Source of the DNA: a virus
Lineage: Duplodnaviria > Caudoviricetes
Direction: 5' to 3' (one strand)
Length of the DNA: 54,037 nucleotides
Virus record (IMG/VR): IMGVR_UViG_3300023297_000011
Span: 1-54,037 of that record
In this document: one piece after another, positions 46,333-54,037 of the stretch
Layout: the number at the start of each line of letters is the position of its first letter
Numbering within the stretch: the first letter of the stretch is position 1
Position numbers and translations under genes: made by a program
Notes under the pieces: model-generated
Database searches by the model: none
Told to the model about the DNA's origin: nothing
The model's input: the letters and a program-made list of their open reading frames with translations, nothing else

Positions 46333-46966
46333 CTTCTTTATTTTCGTATTTTCCTTCTAATATTTTTAAGAAATTCGTAGGGTTAAAAATCCAATCAAAA
46401 TCAGATTTCCATTTTCTATCATTATCACCGCAAAGAAATTTAGATTCTCCAGCTTTTTTAAATACTTTTATTATTGTTTCTAAATCAAATTCTTTAAACC
46501 TTGCATTAATATGTTTTTTTCTTTCATCTGAAAGTTTTTTAATTTTGCTTAATTTGTCACAATAAAAATGAAAGTGATCTACTACTTCTTTGTAGTTTAT
46601 TATGTTTTCATTAACAGTTACATTATCATTATCATTATCACTATCATGTTTTTTTCGCTTTTGTTCGGTTTCTAATAAACCCATTGGGTTATTTTGCTTT
46701 TGTTCGGTTTTCTTTGGTCTACCACCCTTTGCTCCGTTTGTCCTATTTGTATCAACCTGATTTTTATATTTATCTAAATCCCTATTTAGCGTGTCTTTTA
46801 TATTGGCGAAAACTGCATTTATTAAAATATCTTCAGTGATTGGATCCTCATCGTTAACGTATGAAAAGATGTGTTTTATTAATTGCCCAGCCTTATCGTT
46901 TGGCAGTGCATCGAATGTGCTTTTCCAATTAACGTAAGCAATAAATGATTTTTTGTCTTTTGCCAT
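46247..46966 (-). CDS. phage replication initiator (DUF6291-like N-terminus)
   Basis: KSFIAY..W..L..AGQL..N..NGAKGGRP; DNDNDN linker; W..DFDWI..NFLKILEGKY. Confidence 0.8.
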   Translation of the reverse strand: MAKDKKSFIAYVNWKSTFDALPNDKAGQLIKHIFSYVNDEDPITEDILINAVFANIKDTLNRDLDKYKNQVDTNRTNGAKGGRPKKTEQKQNNPMGLLETEQKRKKHDSDNDNDNVTVNENIINYKEVVDHFHFYCDKLSKIKKLSDERKKHINARFKEFDLETIIKVFKKAGESKFLCGDNDRKWKSDFDWIFNPTNFLKILEGKYENKEDEKNIGDNTGQKPDFKTVDIYAKPNLET

Positions 46967-46968
46967 AA

Positions 46969-47640
46969 CTAATCAAGTGAAAAACTTATTTTATCAGTAT
47001 CATCATTAAATTGCATCGGCATAATTAAAATATCAACATCACTTATGGTAAAATTACTGCCATGTGCCGCTGATTCCTGATAAGTTAATTCTATTGTGTC
47101 TGATTTAAGTATTTCACAAATGCGTATAAGGGGCTCTATCTTATCAAAATAAAATGTACTATTCCCTATTTTAATTATAGATTTTGGATCAGTAATTAAT
47201 TTTCCAGTTGGAACTTCTCTGGATTCTGATTCCAATCCACTCCCGTCACATACTGGACATTTGGCTTCAATATAATAATTCTTACCATTGTAACTATAAT
47301 CCAATTCAATTTCACATTCACCACAACACGCCCCGCAATCTAAATCCTCTCCAATTGTTTCATCTATCTTGTCTAATTTAGATATTTTGGTCACAAAATT
47401 TTTAACATTTATTGATAAAATTGATTTTGTTTTTTGTGGTATGATAATGACAACATTTTGTGGATCGTATTCTGTCAATATATGAATATCACCAACTTTG
47501 TCTTTATTAATATAGCACATTCTATACGCATCTGTTCCTATGGCATAGCTATTGGCTAAAAATGGTCTATTCATCCAGTCCCTAATTTCATTATCTGCAT
47601 CAGCAAATAGTCTTAATATTTTTTCATACTTATTTTCCAT
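46969..47640 (-). CDS. sliding-clamp-like fragment with zinc-finger insertion
   Basis: GTDAYR and C-terminal ILIMP (clamp-like); CxxCxG..CPVCDGSG. Confidence 0.5.
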   Translation of the reverse strand: MENKYEKILRLFADADNEIRDWMNRPFLANSYAIGTDAYRMCYINKDKVGDIHILTEYDPQNVVIIIPQKTKSILSINVKNFVTKISKLDKIDETIGEDLDCGACCGECEIELDYSYNGKNYYIEAKCPVCDGSGLESESREVPTGKLITDPKSIIKIGNSTFYFDKIEPLIRICEILKSDTIELTYQESAAHGSNFTISDVDILIMPMQFNDDTDKISFSLD

Positions 47641-47677
47641 AATACAATTATTTTGTAAATTATTAATAAATAAAAAA

Positions 47678-47830
47678 TTACACCTTTATAAGTGTGGTGC
47701 TTAAAACTTTTTTAATTCTTTCTTTCGGTATCTTCCCAGATGAAATATGATTATAAACCGTTTTTAGGTTCATACCATGTTTTTCCGAATATTCCTTTAC
47801 TGTTATGTATTTTACTTCAATCAAAATGTA
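47678..47830 (-). CDS. small HTH DNA-binding protein (start uncertain)
   Basis: YITVKEYSEKHGMNLKTVYNHISSGKI. Confidence 0.6.
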   Translation of the reverse strand, partial: YILIEVKYITVKEYSEKHGMNLKTVYNHISSGKIPKERIKKVLSTTLIKV

Positions 47831-47928
47831 AATTTTAAAAGTTAAATAAACCGGGTTAACAGCCCGGTCTAAAATAGGTGTAAAAATGGTGAACAATTTT
47901 CGCTGCATCAAATATAAATAATAATTAT

Positions 47929-48621
47929 TTAATTTGTTGCTATTTCATTTTTATATTCATCAAATTCACTTTGATCGAATACCCAAACCCTCTTTTTTAG
48001 TAGGTATTTAAACGTCTTACCAATCAGCAGAAGATTAAACCTGTCGAATTTATACCCATTTTGCTTGTACAAACCTTCAGCTTTATCTAGGTCATCAATA
48101 TACTGCTGGCCGTGACGGTTAATTAAACCTTTACGATAATTCAATAGATCACCTGATTTAAAATGATTACTAGAAGTACTTTGTCCATGAATATTACTTA
48201 CCCAAAACCGCATTCCATTATGTGTACTTGTAGGAAAGAAATGCCCGGCATCATGTATAGAGCCATTATCACTGATTGATTTTCCATTAAAACATTCATT
48301 ATCCCTTTGTCTGATATATGGATTACAAAGATCGTCTTGGATGTGTTTAATCATTCCGCTAACATCTTTGTCCTCCCACTTCGTATAAGCCCGTTTCCCG
48401 CCTTTTGTATTTTTAGTGGCATACTTGCCTGTTTTGAATGACGTTGATTCCTTTTTGGTGTACATGGTACTCTGTGCGAGCAATTTTTTATTATTCTTGA
48501 TACGCAAACAATCAGGATGCAGTTTTGACTTAATAATTTTAGTCCTAAAATCTCTTATAGGGGTGAATTTCTTTCCACATCCACAACTACAAGTTATTTG
48601 GCCTTCTATAGATTTTTTCAT
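47929..48621 (-). CDS. ninG: NinG/Rap-like recombination endonuclease
   Basis: NPYIRQRD..DAGHFF...RF..NIHGQ..N.FKSG.LL.YR.GLI.R.G. Confidence 0.75.
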   Translation of the reverse strand: MKKSIEGQITCSCGCGKKFTPIRDFRTKIIKSKLHPDCLRIKNNKKLLAQSTMYTKKESTSFKTGKYATKNTKGGKRAYTKWEDKDVSGMIKHIQDDLCNPYIRQRDNECFNGKSISDNGSIHDAGHFFPTSTHNGMRFWVSNIHGQSTSSNHFKSGDLLNYRKGLINRHGQQYIDDLDKAEGLYKQNGYKFDRFNLLLIGKTFKYLLKKRVWVFDQSEFDEYKNEIATN

Positions 48622-49135
48622 GTTTAATGGTTTTATCAAAAATAGACATTATAAAATATTCTTCGAACAAAGGGGTGAATTTTTCCCTGAATGGCCTATT
48701 TGTATTAAAAATATTAATAACTGTCTTGCAGGAGTGCAAAATAGTAGCATGGTCTTTGTTGCCAATTTGTGCGCCGATTTGTGAAAGGCTTAATGTAGTT
48801 GTGTGCCTAGCAATTGCCTGCGCTATCTGCCTGGCTACTACAATTTCTCTTTTATTTGTTTTTTCTCCTATTTTATCCTCTGGAACTTTTGTGTAATAAG
48901 ATACTCTTTCCAATATGTCAGCAATAGTTATTTCTTTCGTACCATTCTTAATTTCAATTTTAGCGAGCCTTTCTTCAATATCGGGTATAAGGCTTCCACA
49001 TTCTTCCTCATTATTTGATTCAAAGGATTTTATGCACCCTAAACACATTGGCCCAAGTTCATAATTTAGCGAAGTTTCTTTACCACATATTATGCAGTTA
49101 AGAATAAGTTTAGTTTCTACTGTTTGTATTTCCAT
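48587..49135 (-). CDS. protein with DnaA domain IV (Bac_DnaA_C) DNA-binding domain (start MEIQTV)
   Basis: KREIVVARQIAQ..LSLSQIG..GNKDHATILHSCK. Confidence 0.85.
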   Translation of the reverse strand: MEIQTVETKLILNCIICGKETSLNYELGPMCLGCIKSFESNNEEECGSLIPDIEERLAKIEIKNGTKEITIADILERVSYYTKVPEDKIGEKTNKREIVVARQIAQAIARHTTTLSLSQIGAQIGNKDHATILHSCKTVINIFNTNRPFREKFTPLFEEYFIMSIFDKTIKHEKIYRRPNNL

Positions 49136-49159
49136 TGGTATCTTATTAGTTTTAATTTG

Positions 49160-49204
49160 TACCCTGCCAGAGAATCGAACTCCGGCTTGTACCATTTACA
49201 GGGT
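49160..49204 (-). ncRNA. 45-nt tRNA-like minihelix (7-bp acceptor, 5-bp T-arm, 13-nt linker)
   Basis: ACCCTGT-AAATGGTACAAGC-CGGAG-TTCGATT-CTCTG-GCAGGGT-A. Confidence 0.65.
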
Positions 49205-49962
49205 TATTGTTCGATTATTACCAATTCAGGCGCAAGTTTCTGAATATCTTTTTTCTGCTCATCAATAATAGTGTCTCGGACATCTGAAATAATGTCGTTA
49301 GCTTCCGGGGAAACAAGTGTAACAGAGTAATCTGAAGGACTAACGTACACTTCTACTTCGATTTCAACTTTTTTCTGCCCTTTAAATACAGGCATATTGA
49401 GTTTAAAATCAGCAGGTACATTACTTGCAATTACCCTCTGAGCAACCAACTGCCGGAAATTACCTTTGTTGTCATCGGCTTTTTCAATTTCTGTTTCAGC
49501 CTTAATCTTAACATTTGCCAATTCCGATGAAAGTTTCATTGCAATTTCCTTGTCTGAAAAACAACTCCGGTTCATTTTAATAAATTCCGAAAGAGCTTTA
49601 TGTCCCCAACATTCGCCAGTGTTTATTTTCCACTTCAAAAAATCAGGATGTTTTTCCAATTTTCCTGTTACATGCCCTTTTAAAAACGGGTCTGTTTCAT
49701 TAAAGACTAAACTAACAGTCATTTTGTCCCTGTCGATTAATACATGGGCTTTTCTTTGTTCTACATTATTACCAGGAATATTTGCAATACTGAGATCAAA
49801 ATTTGTTTGGATGGTCCTTATTTTTAACCAATTTAAAGCAGAATCAATGTTGCCATCAATTTTGATAGGATTTGGTGCCTTTGCGTTCAATCCATTTTTA
49901 TGGATAATAGTAACTACACCATCTATGTTACTCACAATATTAAAAACTTCTTGATTTTCCAT
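49204..49962 (-). CDS. conserved hypothetical phage protein (DUF2303-like)
   Basis: LSEFIKMNR.F..P.DFKLNMPVFKG pattern. Confidence 0.6.
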   Translation of the reverse strand: MENQEVFNIVSNIDGVVTIIHKNGLNAKAPNPIKIDGNIDSALNWLKIRTIQTNFDLSIANIPGNNVEQRKAHVLIDRDKMTVSLVFNETDPFLKGHVTGKLEKHPDFLKWKINTGECWGHKALSEFIKMNRSCFSDKEIAMKLSSELANVKIKAETEIEKADDNKGNFRQLVAQRVIASNVPADFKLNMPVFKGQKKVEIEVEVYVSPSDYSVTLVSPEANDIISDVRDTIIDEQKKDIQKLAPELVIIEQ

Positions 49963-49964
49963 AG

Positions 49965-50393
49965 TTAATTGTCTGTTCCGGTTTTGATAGCCATGTGAAT
50001 AGTTGGGTTTTGAATTTCCTCAACATTTGCAGGGCGGGTTTTAGTTTCAATCAATTCGCCTTTGTTGTTGTAGAAATAAGCCATGTTATTCTCAATGTAT
50101 TTATAAAGGGTTCCTTCGATTTCAATAAAACCCTGGCGCACTTGCGAAGAAAGTTCTGAATGAATTCCCTCAAGAGGTTTTAATTGCTCTTTAAATTGGG
50201 ACATTACGTCTTTCTTCTGTTCAATAATATCGTCCATTTTCAGGCGATTAGAGGTAAACTCGGCTCTTGCATTACCAAGTTCTTTTTCAGATAATTTCTC
50301 GTAGTATTTTTCTTTCACTACGCTGTCCGCTGTATTCTTCAGGTATTCCAACCTCTTTTCAGGCGATTCATTTGGCATTAAAAATTTATCCAT
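49965..50393 (-). CDS. hypothetical coiled-coil protein
   Basis: ORF in operon. Confidence 0.7.
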   Translation of the reverse strand: MDKFLMPNESPEKRLEYLKNTADSVVKEKYYEKLSEKELGNARAEFTSNRLKMDDIIEQKKDVMSQFKEQLKPLEGIHSELSSQVRQGFIEIEGTLYKYIENNMAYFYNNKGELIETKTRPANVEEIQNPTIHMAIKTGTDN

Positions 50394-50417
50394 TGTTTTA
50401 ATTAAAATATTAAGTGA

Positions 50418-50837
50418 TTATTTATAGTGCAATTTTATTTCTTCTTTATAACGCGACAATAAGCTCCTGTACCAGTCTAATTTGTGAGTACACGAACGAT
50501 TTAATCTCTCTGCCATATCAACCAGCCATGTTTCGTAAACACAAGCTGACCTTATGAATTCTTTTTGAACGGAAGCCGACAAAAAAGTACCTTTCATTTG
50601 TTCAATTAACGTCACAAGAATATCAGATTGTAACTTTTCATTGAGGTGGTATTTTGCATCGGCCAATAAGGTGCCAGCCCTTGATAAATATGTTTCGGTA
50701 ATATTTCCTATTGCCTCGATTTCATCACCGTGGGCCTGTAAATCGGACGGTGAAGTGCTTAATGTTGTTTGAAGGTAAGAATCTATTACAAGTAGTTCTT
50801 TTTCGATCTTATGCTTTGGTGTGATAAAGTCATGCAT
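50418..50837 (-). CDS. hypothetical helical protein
   Basis: ORF in operon. Confidence 0.7.
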   Translation of the reverse strand: MHDFITPKHKIEKELLVIDSYLQTTLSTSPSDLQAHGDEIEAIGNITETYLSRAGTLLADAKYHLNEKLQSDILVTLIEQMKGTFLSASVQKEFIRSACVYETWLVDMAERLNRSCTHKLDWYRSLLSRYKEEIKLHYK

Positions 50838-50850
50838 AGTTATAGTTTAA

Positions 50851-51111
50851 TTATCCAACCGAACTTACATAAGCCAGGTTATAAACATTATATTTTTTAC
50901 CGGTAATAGCGAACATAAAATCAATCTCTGATTTGTTTGATGAAGGAACAAAAATAATTGGTAGTTTGTATTCTTCAATTGCATGTTCTTCAACAGTTTC
51001 GTTCTTCTTAAAATAATCATTGAGGGACTTGATTAAAATATTAAGATAATCCTGGCCCAGTTTGTAGATTATCTTGGGCTTGTTGCGTAGTGAGTACCTG
51101 AATTTATTCAT
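50851..51111 (-). CDS. hypothetical protein
   Basis: Overlapping ORF in operon. Confidence 0.6.
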   Translation of the reverse strand: MNKFRYSLRNKPKIIYKLGQDYLNILIKSLNDYFKKNETVEEHAIEEYKLPIIFVPSSNKSEIDFMFAITGKKYNVYNLAYVSSVG

Positions 51112-51454
51112 TTGTCAAATGGTATTTACAGACAAAATCTAATTGTTCTAAGAAATCAAAATCTAATTGTTCTAAGAAATCAGGTAGTTCGGCATCATTA
51201 TTTAACTCTCCGAATTCATCTTTTATATACTCCCTAAAATCTTCTTCTCCTAATCCATCGCCACAACAATCATCAAACATTTTTAATTTACTAGCGATTT
51301 CTGCACATCTCGTATGATTCTTCCACACATAAATTGCACCATCATTTTTCAGAAAAGATCTGTCATATAACTCTTTAATCCTAATAATTCCCCCACACCA
51401 ATCACATTTATGCTCTTTTTTAGCTTTAGGGTTTGTCTTTGATATTACTTCCAT
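51104..51454 (-). CDS. zinc-finger hypothetical protein
   Basis: KAKKEHKCDWCGG.I..Y..H..C. Confidence 0.7.
   Translation of the reverse strand: MEVISKTNPKAKKEHKCDWCGGIIRIKELYDRSFLKNDGAIYVWKNHTRCAEIASKLKMFDDCCGDGLGEEDFREYIKDEFGELNNDAELPDFLEQLDFDFLEQLDFVCKYHLTNE
51133..51182. repeat. perfect 24-bp tandem duplication
   Basis: caaaatctaattgttctaagaaat x2, encoding DFLEQLDF x2. Confidence 0.95.
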
Positions 51455-51456
51455 TT

Positions 51457-52188
51457 TTAAAAAGGTTTTAAATCAATATTAACTTCCAGCCCCTTTTCGG
51501 CAATAAATACCTGTTTACCTGTATGGGCTATTATTTCTTGTTTAAATTGCCTGGCGTTGCTGTTGGAATCGCTTAAATGAATCAAAATAATGTTCCTTAC
51601 TTTAGAAAGGTCGTTTGCTGATAAAAGTTCCTTACAAGTGCTGATACTCATGTGGTTCGTAATTATCCTCCTTCTTACTGAAGGGTGGAGGGTTTTATTC
51701 TCAGCTAGGATATGCTCACAATAATTTGCTTCAATTATTAATGTGTTTAGTCCTGGAAATTTAAACTCAGAGTAAAAAGTATCAGTTAAAAAAAGCACTT
51801 TTCCACATTCAGGATGTTGAATTAAGAAACCCAAAGGCTGCGCGGCATCGTGTTCGATTTTAAATGGCATTATTGTAAATCCTCCAAGCTTAAACTGTTT
51901 TCCATGTTCACATAAATAAGGACTAGAATAAGAGGAAATATTCAAAGCCTTTATTGTTCCTTCGGATGCGTAACAGTCAATTCCTTCGTTTAAATACTGA
52001 TTGATGTGCTTGGAATGGTCCCCGTGTTCGTGAGTAAAAATTAACCCAACAATTTTACTTACATCAAAATCCAAGGCTTTCTTAACATCCTTAAACCTGA
52101 TTCCGGCCTCGATAATGAGACATTCACTGTCAGATTCAAGAATGTAAGAATTCCCCTTTGAACTACTACCTTGGACTTTTAATTTCAT
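51457..52188 (-). CDS. MBL-fold metallo-hydrolase (start MKLKVQG)
   Basis: GSSSKGNSY, THEHGDH, HDAAQPLGF, TDT, IEANY, HMS, LIHLS. Confidence 0.9.
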   Translation of the reverse strand: MKLKVQGSSSKGNSYILESDSECLIIEAGIRFKDVKKALDFDVSKIVGLIFTHEHGDHSKHINQYLNEGIDCYASEGTIKALNISSYSSPYLCEHGKQFKLGGFTIMPFKIEHDAAQPLGFLIQHPECGKVLFLTDTFYSEFKFPGLNTLIIEANYCEHILAENKTLHPSVRRRIITNHMSISTCKELLSANDLSKVRNIILIHLSDSNSNARQFKQEIIAHTGKQVFIAEKGLEVNIDLKPF

Positions 52189-52189
52189 C

Positions 52190-53059
52190 TTAAAATCCCC
52201 TGTCCTTTTTTTCAATTACAATCTTCATACCTTCCTTGGCGGCAAATTCATGTACTTTTGCGCCCAATAAATCACTGCGAGGAATATTAAATGTTTCAGA
52301 GATAAAATCCCTGGCTTTGTCAAGAGTTTCGAATTTTGATTCCTGTAGTTCTGTTTCTATTTTAGTCTCAGGAGCTTTAGCGGGCTCCGGATTACTGGCT
52401 TCGGGCTCTTTTTCAATATCAATTGTGGTTTTATTTGCATTTTCCTTTTTTAGTTCCTCAAAAGCAACATCTTCAATCTGCCTTTCATCTGCCGTGTACA
52501 TGGCTCCAAGTTGTGAAGGGAAAGCTTCTCTGAGTGCCTGAACTTTTGCAACCTTAGAAATCATTGTGCTTTTTTTATCGTTCCAAGTGGATTGTTTTTT
52601 GTCGTATTCATCGAGTGAAACTCTTGAAACTACAGGGAATTTACGGTCTGAACGATATACTTTCGCCCATCCTCCTACAAGCTTGTCACCTTCTAGCTTA
52701 AAACAACCCTCCAGTTCTACAACTTCCCCTTCACGAACAATAATAATACCTCCCTGAATGCCATCGTACTTGTCACAAGCTTCAGCCCGTTTCATTAAGG
52801 CCTCCTTGCTTACAATCATTTGTGCCGGAGCAGTCCCAAATTTTACCAAATAGGCTTCATTCAAGAATGGGTTAAGCTGATTGTATTTACAAATTGAAAT
52901 AAATTGGGTTAAGTCCTGGTCAGTTACTTTCCCCGTACCTTTTGTAAGAAAATTCCTTACAATTTTATACGATAATGTAACTTCCTGTCCTGCGACAGCA
53001 TAAGTAACTTTTGCTCTACTTTCTTCCGAAGTTACGGCCGGTGTGTTTTGATTTGCCAT
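52190..53059 (-). CDS. bet: Bet/RecT single-strand annealing recombinase
   Basis: F..ICKYNQLNPFLNEAYLVKFG..LVGGWAKVYR..V...EY..W...TMI.KVA.VQALREAFP. Confidence 0.9.
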   Translation of the reverse strand: MANQNTPAVTSEESRAKVTYAVAGQEVTLSYKIVRNFLTKGTGKVTDQDLTQFISICKYNQLNPFLNEAYLVKFGTAPAQMIVSKEALMKRAEACDKYDGIQGGIIIVREGEVVELEGCFKLEGDKLVGGWAKVYRSDRKFPVVSRVSLDEYDKKQSTWNDKKSTMISKVAKVQALREAFPSQLGAMYTADERQIEDVAFEELKKENANKTTIDIEKEPEASNPEPAKAPETKIETELQESKFETLDKARDFISETFNIPRSDLLGAKVHEFAAKEGMKIVIEKKDRGF

Positions 53060-53061
53060 GA

Positions 53062-53346
53062 TTAATGAGTTGATGGGTGAGTTACTTTATATTCATATTT
53101 ATTATCTGCTATTTTAGCAAAGCGGGTAAAACCATGGGCAAAGTGTCCTCCAAACCCATTTTTTTCAATGTATTTAGCTCTGTCTTTTTCATCAATAGCT
53201 TTATCCAGATATTCGGTGCAAAACTTTTTAACATCGAATTTGCTGTTTTCACTTTCAATTATGTAATGGTAATATCCATCACCATAAGCCCTTCTTTGCC
53301 CGGCTTCCTTTGTTTCTACTTCAAATTGATAATTCTTTTTTGCCAT
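53062..53346 (-). CDS. hypothetical protein
   Basis: ORF in operon. Confidence 0.65.
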   Translation of the reverse strand: MAKKNYQFEVETKEAGQRRAYGDGYYHYIIESENSKFDVKKFCTEYLDKAIDEKDRAKYIEKNGFGGHFAHGFTRFAKIADNKYEYKVTHPSTH

Positions 53347-53348
53347 GA

Positions 53349-53558
53349 TTATTTTGAATTAGTATTTATTACTGTGTATAATTGCTTGGTTTCAATAAGG
53401 TTAACAATAATCCTAAACTGCATTGAAAGAAGAATTGCAAAGGGTTTAATTCCCCAATTTTTTGTATAAAACGAGCGTCTTTCAAGAGCTAATCTTACAA
53501 TATCATTTGGATTTGTTATGAGTTCTCCTTTTATGCAATTTTTTGATAGTTTTTTCAT
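53349..53558 (-). CDS. hypothetical protein
   Basis: ORF in operon. Confidence 0.6.
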   Translation of the reverse strand: MKKLSKNCIKGELITNPNDIVRLALERRSFYTKNWGIKPFAILLSMQFRIIVNLIETKQLYTVINTNSK

Positions 53559-53589
53559 AATTCAATCCTTCCATTCTTTAGTGTGGGCA

Positions 53590-54037
53590 TTAAAACTTTA
53601 TTCCGGTTATATTTTTAAATACTTTTGAATTAAAATTTGGAAGATTTTTAAACAGATCCTTTTGTTTATCTTCAAGAGTTTCCCAAAGATTAGCCCATGC
53701 CTCTTTATAATCAAATACCTTAATATACCCTTCGGTTACAAATGCTTTTGGATTTTCTTTCTTCTCTGCGTCTGTCATATTGTTCCATAAAATCCATTTT
53801 GTTACATTAAGGTTTTGCGAAAGATAATACACATCTGAGTTTTCCCATTCGGCCCATGTAATGTCTGATTTTTTATTGAATATCAGAATTGTATCTTCTC
53901 TTTGCTTATTGCAGAATACGCCACTGTTTAGGTAGCCACTGTTTAGGTCGCCACTGTTTTGGTCGCCACTGTTTTGGTAGCCACTGTTTCGGTCGCCACT
54001 GTTTCGGTCGCCACTGTTTCTGTAGCCACTGTTTCGG
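53590..54037 (-). CDS. C-terminal part of the pentapeptide-repeat protein begun at 480
   Basis: Repeat frame continues into GVFCN..IFNK..W..MT..EK..P.....GY.KV..YKEAW..LPNF. Confidence 0.85.
   Translation of the reverse strand, partial: RNSGYRNSGDRNSGDRNSGYQNSGDQNSGDLNSGYLNSGVFCNKQREDTILIFNKKSDITWAEWENSDVYYLSQNLNVTKWILWNNMTDAEKKENPKAFVTEGYIKVFDYKEAWANLWETLEDKQKDLFKNLPNFNSKVFKNITGIKF
53920..54037. repeat. 15-bp tandem repeat (8 units), same family as 1..165
   Basis: 53950-54037 matches 1-88 with two mismatches, consistent with circularity and an assembly break inside the repeat. Confidence 0.95.

Noticed and set aside
48587-49195. ORF-track start at 49195 for the DnaA-domain gene
   Set aside because: The extension runs through the tRNA-like minihelix; ATG at 49135 has a typical A-rich leader
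15272-53469. Numerous antisense ORFs in the track (e.g. 15272-15718, 34473-34865, 44423-44758, 49466-49954, 53077-53469)
   Set aside because: They are shadows of well-supported genes on the opposite strand with no recognisable motifs
498-53832. Alternative genetic code / stop-codon recoding
   Set aside because: Long core genes are intact under the standard bacterial code and coding density is high

Overview
This looks like a near-complete ~54 kb tailed (siphovirus-like, HK97-fold capsid) phage genome. A Bacteroidota host is inferred from TAnnTTTG promoters, A-rich leaders, signal peptides cleaved before Gln and a Bacteroidota-style tmRNA. The contig is broken inside a 15-bp tandem repeat in one gene that wraps from position 480 round to 53590. 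The minus strand (8.6 kb to 1, then 54 kb to 40 kb) carries early, regulatory, recombination and replication genes. The plus strand (9.2-40 kb) carries accessory secreted proteins and the packaging, head, tail and lysis genes. No integrase is visible. Stand-out features: (1) an array of 12 integron attC-like sites (40.3-45.6 kb) delimiting about 11 gene cassettes, whose genes lie on the bottom strand and mostly start inside the attC loop, with no IntI in the genome; (2) an RNA cluster at 3.07-3.68 kb with a circularly permuted two-piece tmRNA (tag GKTVNIFGYEAKVAA), a tRNA-like element and a ~170-nt structured RNA candidate, plus a 45-nt mini-tRNA mimic at 49.2 kb; (3) head- and tail-module proteins with Sec-type signal peptides. 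All product calls come from motif recognition by eye and gene context; no searches were run.
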